From: Tubiluchus corallicola
Lineage: Eukaryota > Animalia > Priapulida
Assembly: GCA_030141605.1 (NCBI GenBank)
Contig: JAQGDQ010000047.1
Location: 310,001 to 374,000, forward strand
Length of the DNA: 64,000 nt
Reading direction: 5' to 3'
Numbering within the stretch: position 1 is the first letter of the stretch; every line of letters starts with the position of its first letter. The translations under genes and the position numbers were made by a program. Shown here piece after piece: positions 57,423 to 64,000 of the stretch. The notes beneath the pieces were generated by a model that saw nothing but the letters and a program-made list of their open reading frames with translations, was not told the DNA's origin and ran no database searches.

Positions 57423-57704
57423 CATCGTTAATAATAATAATAATCTTGAAATTTTAGGTAATTAGTTTTTTCTGCAACTGGTACTTTATCGGGATAGCTA
57501 CTATTAAATAGCCAAAAATTTACTTTGAAATCATTATTACACAAGCTAAACAAAATATAATTGTTATTATAATTAAATCCGCTAAGAAACTAACAGACTG
57601 GCTGGAAGCTGTGAGGTTCATAGTGCACTAGATTACCACTATAGCAGTCACTGGGTGACAACTGCATCTCCTCCTTTATACCGATTTTCTCTCACTCTCA
57701 CTAC

Positions 57705-57729
57705 CCCCTCCCTCCCTCCCTCCCTCCCT

Positions 57730-57791
<62 letters not shown>

Positions 57792-57794
57792 CTC
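57705..57794. repeat. (CCCT)n(CT)n polypyrimidine microsatellite
   Basis: Visible directly; a ~90-bp homopyrimidine tract. Confidence 0.95.
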
Positions 57795-59039
57795 CAAATT
57801 TTCGCTCTCATTTTATCTCTTGATTTTATAATACAAGGACTATTATTTCTTTGGAACCATATTGTTCAGAAGACACTGTATACAACAAAGTACGACGAAA
57901 ACGTGAAGCCTTATAGTTTGATAGCTGTGTGCTTTCTTGCATAACCTAATAGATAACCTCATTGTGGACAATCTTAGAATTAGGGTATAAGAAATATTAC
58001 AATATGTTACATATTTACAAGCGTGTATCTTTGCTCCGGCGTGGCGCGGTTTTCTATACAAATGGGATAGAACGATGCAGAACGCCTGAATATGCGCGGA
58101 GAGTTCAAAGGTCACTCGTCGGTAGGCAGGTACATACTTGTATAACTCAACACATACAGGGTAGCCTGGTAAGACATGAATCGGCACGCTTTTTCTGATT
58201 AATTAATTATCTGTGACAACAAATGAATACAAATGCGCAGTGCACAAAACCTCGGGAGTGGGGAGAAGGATATTGGTGATATTATAACACACACCGTATC
58301 ACTTAAAATAGGTCTATAAGAACTTTTAGTAGTCAAGAGGACTTGATGGTGAATAGTAACTTTGTAATAATGTTGAATAGGCATTTATTATTATAATTTT
58401 TTGCATTAAATTTTTGAAAATGCGATATAAAATGTGATTGGCGATCTATGTAAAAAACTGATCGTTTTGTAGCGTACAACGTCATTGTGAATTTACAATG
58501 TTCGAGTATAGCATACTGATAAACTATTTTTCGTACTGATAAACTATTTTTCGTACTTTGTTTTTTGCAGCTTATTAATTTACTCCATTCAACGATCTTA
58601 CGTTATGACTGCCTTTGTAATGTTTGTTTCGTTGGTAGTCTTCCACAGCTAGGATTGAATCTCAGTACCTATACGGCTTGATTTACAAAATTTTTCCTAC
58701 TCCGCGTAGTTAATTCAATTTCCTACAATTTCGGTACGTGGTAAGTTAACTACACGTGAAAGCCGCAATTTTGAAGCTGACATGTAGCTTCTTACATTAA
58801 TAATAAGAGCATTACAAGCCCGCAAAGTTGCGCAAAAGTTGTAGTTTGGCTTCAGCAGGCAGAGCTTTTTATGACACGTGTAACGTACTCTTGTGTTGCT
58901 GTTGAAATAGCTGCCTTACATAAAGCAGCAGCTGGCTGCTACTGGGCAATCCCGCAGCAGTCATTTGAGTGCCTAGCTTTGTGCGTATGTGCGTGTTCAT
59001 GTATCGTTAGGACTATGATTATCTTAATGTGAAGAAGCA

Positions 59040-62000
59040 ATGAGGTTTAGAAGTCAATTTCTTGTGGTCATTACATACATTTGCTTGGCGAAGTACGTGA
59101 ACATTGGTGGGGTACGTTTAATACTGAGTTTTCGTGAGTTATTTGTACATATATATATATATATATATGTGAGTGTGTGTGTGTTCGTTCAGACTTAAAA
59201 TAAGATTTTAAGTTAAGCAAAGTTAACTTTGTTATTATGCTTGTAAAATTTTGCGATAATTTTAGTCTTAAAATCTTTTCCGCGAAGATATGTTCTTGGT
59301 TTTTCTGAACAGTCGCCGTTGTATGATTCAAGTTTACAAATGATTTTATTTAACTCTCTCTGAAGGTTATTGATTCCTTGTTAAAATGCAATTTCAAAAA
59401 CGCGTTCACATAAGAATATCTAATGTACATATTTAGAAGAATAAAGACTATACCGACTGAAATAGAAATGCAGAAGCTCGCAAAACTTAGTGCAGATATA
59501 TATATAATTTCAAAAGTTTATGTTTGATACATAGAATTCTGTAAAAAAAATTATCATGCTTTTCAACTACAGAACATTTAGGTGGTATTTTGTGTACTAA
59601 CTAATGTTAATAAATTTTATTTCGACATTTTATAGTCATGTAAGCTATAGTTTTTCTTCATGCTCTATTTTATCAGAGTCGATATATATATATATACAGT
59701 ATATACATATTTCAATGCAATATGAAGAAGAATATATGAACCTAACCAAGAATTTATTAATCAATTACACGTTACTAAAGTTTCAGTTTTTGCCATTAGT
59801 TATACGCCTATGTGATAGACAAACGAGTAGATAAACATGCTGAAGGAGGCAACTGTGCCATTATACTTCCATAGCATCGAATTTCGTTTCTAAAGTGCGC
59901 AAGATATTTTGCTAACGATAGATGCATAAAAATATCAAAATGCCAGATAAAAGTTCACGGAATTTTAGTGCACCAAATGATGTTAACCTATACCGTTAAA
60001 TATCCTCTTATTAGTGACTATTACAAGTAGGTTCCCCATTTACTGTCTTGACAAATTAATTTCCTCGACAATTTCCCGAATTTTAGGCTCAAGATGAAGC
60101 CGAATGGCTAAGAAATTCAGAAGACAACGGATCCGGGTGTGCTCCCAACGATCCAGAATGTGAAGACGGTGAATCTGGGGGTGAGTGAACGGAAAAAACA
60201 GTGTTAGTGATTTACCGAAACCCTTTTTTGTATCACGCCTAGAGCTTAGATTGTCTTGTGGTTCTCGTTACAGTTTTAGACTTCCTGCACGTGAGCGCTT
60301 CTAAAGGGTATTTGTATTTTAGGAGTATATGAAACGTGATCATTCGCGAAAAAGCAATGGTGCTAACCATGCTGTAACTAGCATCTCTACTAATATTTGT
60401 AAAAATAGTTAAAAAATTCGCCACAGTAATAAGTTTTATTAAACCAGTTATAAGCCTATCAAATTTTTGATAAACATAACCCGCCATAATCTAATATATC
60501 CGATGAATGACACATTGCATAGGTTTTCAGCTCAAACAAAATTTTTTGATAAACATAACCCCCCCCCCCCCCATAATCTAATATATCCGATGAATGACAC
60601 ATTACATAGGTTTTCAGCTCAAACAAAATACACGACGCAGTGGTGTTAGTGAGACTGTTCTGAAATGTAAGGAAAATACACTTGCAGCACTGAATATGAT
60701 CGGGTAATGATCCACAGTTGTTATTAGCTTAGTGTCAAATTATACTGTCAATACTGTAATGATGTAAATGTCACGTTGCCAGTCTTATTCAAATGCAGAA
60801 CGCAAAATTACAAACAATACCAAATAAACACACAAACATTGCAGGTTGCTTAGAGGAACTTTCAAAAAGATGTTAGCGTCCTTGCTTGTTTACAGACACA
60901 TTGGAATATGCAACAGTGCAAGTACACAATTATAAAGAATATTAGTTATTTAATGAAAGCCAGGCTACCAGTTAATTGTTTTATTTTTAATATTGATAAT
61001 TTTTCTACGGCACTGTTCATATAGCCTATACTGTATGCTATGAAATGCTAGCCATCGGTAAATTACTGACATTTTCCATGTGGCAAAAGCGCGACGTAAG
61101 TGATTCCTTGCTTTATACAATATTTATGTGATACGTTTGCAGCTCAGGTTTTATTGCATGTACCATACAAGTGCACAAAATGGTTGATGATTAATTAATA
61201 ACTTTAACTTTTTCGCAAGATATTGAACCTATATATATATATATATATAGCGTTCAATATCTTGCCAAAAAGTTAAGTTATTAATTAATTATCAACCATT
61301 TTGTGCACTTGGAGACTATAGAATATGGTCAAAAGTAATGACAAATTAAGAGTCAGAGGTTGTCGATGAAACTAAGTTATACAAATGATTCTTATGGTTT
61401 CTTTAAGAATTGTACTACTTGCATGTTTTGAAAAGGGGGTATCGAGTCTGATTTACGCAAGTTACTTCCTTTGATTTTTTGTTATTGAATTTAATTTGCT
61501 TATACTAACAGCTATTTAAACGCTAAATCATGAGAAATAACCATCTTAAATTTTAAATATATGAAATGTGGTATGTGAATAAGAAAAAAATAAAAGAAAA
61601 ACAAAGAAGTACGATAAATCAGAAAGTAAAAATATATTTGATCTTGACTATACTTTTTGTGTAATTTTTTAATCTTTTATAATATACAGTGCCACGTGCA
61701 AGAAATTTCGCTTGAGCGAAAAACACAAAAGGTGATTTTCTGTTCACTTTATAAAGTACTGAACGCTTAGAGTTATCACAAATAAAAGCAATCTAAATTA
61801 ATTGATTATTGTAGCGCTTTTTGGTACAACGACGAAGTAACCTCTAGATACTTTCCCGATATTAGTAGTTAAATTTTTTGGTAAAAACACTCTAGTCTCT
61901 GATGTAAAATATGAACTTTACGTAGCATCGTACAACATTAGGATTATTCCTTAACTTGGAAACAGAGATGTTAATGCGCCCTTTTGACAACTGCACGAGC

Positions 62001-63968
62001 GAAAAATACATCTTAGACATGCTGTTTCTTTTTATATAGTCTACCATATTAGAATAGTAGCTTTCATTACTTTGTCATAAAAATTTGGTTTTTCTTGGTT
62101 ATCTTTGATAGTTCGCACAACTCTTGTAATGGCGTCCCTCGGGGATGTTCCCTTCTCTTGATTGTGATTCTGCTTCTGAGTTAGAGATGAGAATGAAATC
62201 ACAAAATGGCGAGCAACATCAAATCATGTTACAATTAAAAAAGGCTTACGCATCCGTCAAATGCTGAAAAAATATGACAAAATCATAGCAGAAATGATGG
62301 AAGACGTTTCAGACTTGTAATTCCAGCAAGCGTGCGACACCTGATCAACATCACAGCGTTGCAGCCCAAAAGATAGTACAGATAGCACAGATATATTCAC
62401 AACAAATTCTGCCTCTAATGAGCTTGTTTGTCTAGCATCATTTAAAATAATTTATCTACTCCTCCAGGGCAGAGGGTGCATCAGTCATGCGCAACACTTC
62501 AGTATGAGTATTATTTGAGGGACGAGATTTCTTCTTTTGAATTGTGTAGATAAAATATAGATGTTTCTTTGTGATTTATTTAAAACGGCGGTTTCTATGA
62601 TTTCTTAATTTCTTACCGACCTTTTTGCTGTCTCACAATAGGTTCAAATCCACACTGCGCAGTTTTTTCTCTTAAACCTTTCCTGTTTTTAACTTTTTTA
62701 TTTTAGTCTAACGATTAACCGAGCACTAACTTACCTGTTTATTTAGTTATTTATGCTTATTTATTTATTTATTTACGTATTTATTTATTTATTTTTCGTG
62801 GACAATGTGTATCCAAATTACTGCAGATTGAGTCTCAATACATGTCCATAATTTTGGTATTGTATTATAGGACTACTATTTCACAATAACCCTGAATTAT
62901 ACATACTCAATATCGCTCACTTACACATAGGCCTACCCCACTTATATTGTACTGATCTGGTAAACGGCTTCTTGCCAAATTTATGTGTCAAGTCAAGCTT
63001 TTAATATTTATACTTTGTTTGTTTTACCAACCCTTAAAACGACAAGCATAGCTAAAATCAATGTTGAATTTAGCTGTTACTAAAGAAACTATTGACCTGA
63101 ATGAATTGAAAACTGACTAGCACGTGTGTTTAAACATGTCTGCACTTACAAAATAAATTAAGATTTAACTCACGAACATGCACACATGTTGCGTGTATAT
63201 TATTTGTCTATAATTTTTTGTATTTATGCCGTAGATGGCGTTGACAGTCCTCCAAGAGCACGAGCTGAAATTCCTAACCCGTTTCTTCAGACACCTGTAA
63301 ATTACACTGTTAGACTGTATGGTAATCGTAGCACTGACGATCACCTAATTACTACCTATAAATGGGATCAACTGAATGGCCCACCAGTCAAAATGAGTGT
63401 AAGTGAAATTTTGATATCAAATCTAGTCATATTTTATCTCATCATAGATTTACGTATCTGTATATTTTGTACGTAATTTCGGCATACTGCAAATTGGTAT
63501 CTATCAATTACTACAGGGCCTATGACTGACGAAGGTTCTGACAGAATCTAGTTTTTAATACAGATAATCCTCTAAAGTGAGATACTGAGCCGACAGATGA
63601 ATCTGTACATAGTTACTACATACTAAGTTCTTGTATATACACCATTGTCCTACAATGAAAGAATCAATCTTGTATGACCGATGAAGCAGCTGAGAAATGA
63701 TTTTTACCCATCCACTTATTAATCAGGTTTGGCATTGCTTAACTAATTTGAGATTAATGATCTCATTTTTACATATATATTTCACGTCTACAACGATTCC
63801 AAATGATGAAATAAATATATTAAATGTCTAATTCCAATTTGCAGGATTTATGGAGTGAAAACTTAAACATTCATCCTCCATTAGAGTCAGGCAAATATGC
63901 GTTCAGATTAACTGTGATGGACTCATTAGGACAGACACACTTTGATGTCGTTCAATTCTTCGTTGACG
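59040..63968 (+). CDS. 5' part of a secreted or membrane protein: signal peptide + acidic Ser-Gly segment + KIAA0319-type PKD domain (continues beyond the window)
   Basis: Phase-consistent GT-AG exons: 59040-59111 (MRFRSQFLVVITYICLAKYVNIGG), 60087-60180 (AQDEAEWLRNSEDNGSGCAPNDPECEDGESG), 63235-63398 (DGVDSPPRARA...VRLYGNRSTDDHLITTYKWDQLNGP), 63845-63968 (...LESGKYAFRLTVMDSLGQTHFDVVQFFVD). PP.A.A, L.G..STDD..I..Y.W and G.Y.F.LTV.D..GQ are hallmarks of KIAA0319/AAVR-type PKD repeats. The two PKD exons are firmer than the first two. Confidence 0.78.
60461..60629. repeat. Tandem duplication of a ~80-bp unit with a poly-C expansion in copy 2
   Basis: TTTTTGATAAACATAACCC..CCATAATCTAATATATCCGATGAATGACACATT(G/A)CATAGGTTTTCAGCTCAAACAAAAT occurs twice in a row. 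Confidence 0.95.
61168..61311. repeat. Near-perfect 144-bp palindrome centred on (TA)10
   Basis: CAAGTGCACAAAATGGTTGAT.ATTAATTAATAACTT.AACTTTT.GCAAGATATTGAAC-(TA)n-GTTCAATATCTTGC.AAAAAGTTAAGTTATTAATTAAT.ATCAACCATTTTGTGCACTTG. Confidence 0.92.
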
Positions 63969-64000
63969 GTAAGTTTTTCTATCTAAAATTATTATTTCAC

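Noticed and set aside
60461-60629. Direct repeats as a possible CRISPR-like array
   Set aside because: Only two adjacent ~80-bp copies, no spacers, no cas genes, and the context is eukaryotic.

Overview
AT-rich, intron-rich animal genomic DNA, probably invertebrate; the species cannot be determined from the sequence. I assembled four genes by hand from splice sites and reading-frame phase. (1) KDM1B/LSD2 on the minus strand: 20 coding exons, 21602->4566, ~836 aa. (2) MMS22L on the plus strand, head-to-head with KDM1B: 25 coding exons, 27464->48181, ~1022 aa, with one probable GC-AG intron and an apparently shortened C-terminus. (3) A complete alpha-tubulin on the minus strand: 5 exons, 452 aa. 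(4) The 5' part of a secreted or membrane protein with a signal peptide, an acidic Ser-Gly segment and a KIAA0319-type PKD domain (plus strand, 59040 to the window end). A possible last exon of an upstream gene lies near 1.5 kb. Introns and intergenic DNA are full of mobile-element relics: four LINE fragments, an internally deleted DIRS1 element with intact ITR/ICR structure, hAT-Blackjack and hAT MITEs, three pogo/Tigger-like non-autonomous elements (two of them an inverted pair around the KDM1B/MMS22L promoter), a 5S-derived fragment, Penelope/hammerhead-like relics and several palindromes. No CRISPR, rRNA or tRNA gene is supported. I found no clearly new multi-gene system. All homology calls come from remembered motifs, not database searches.
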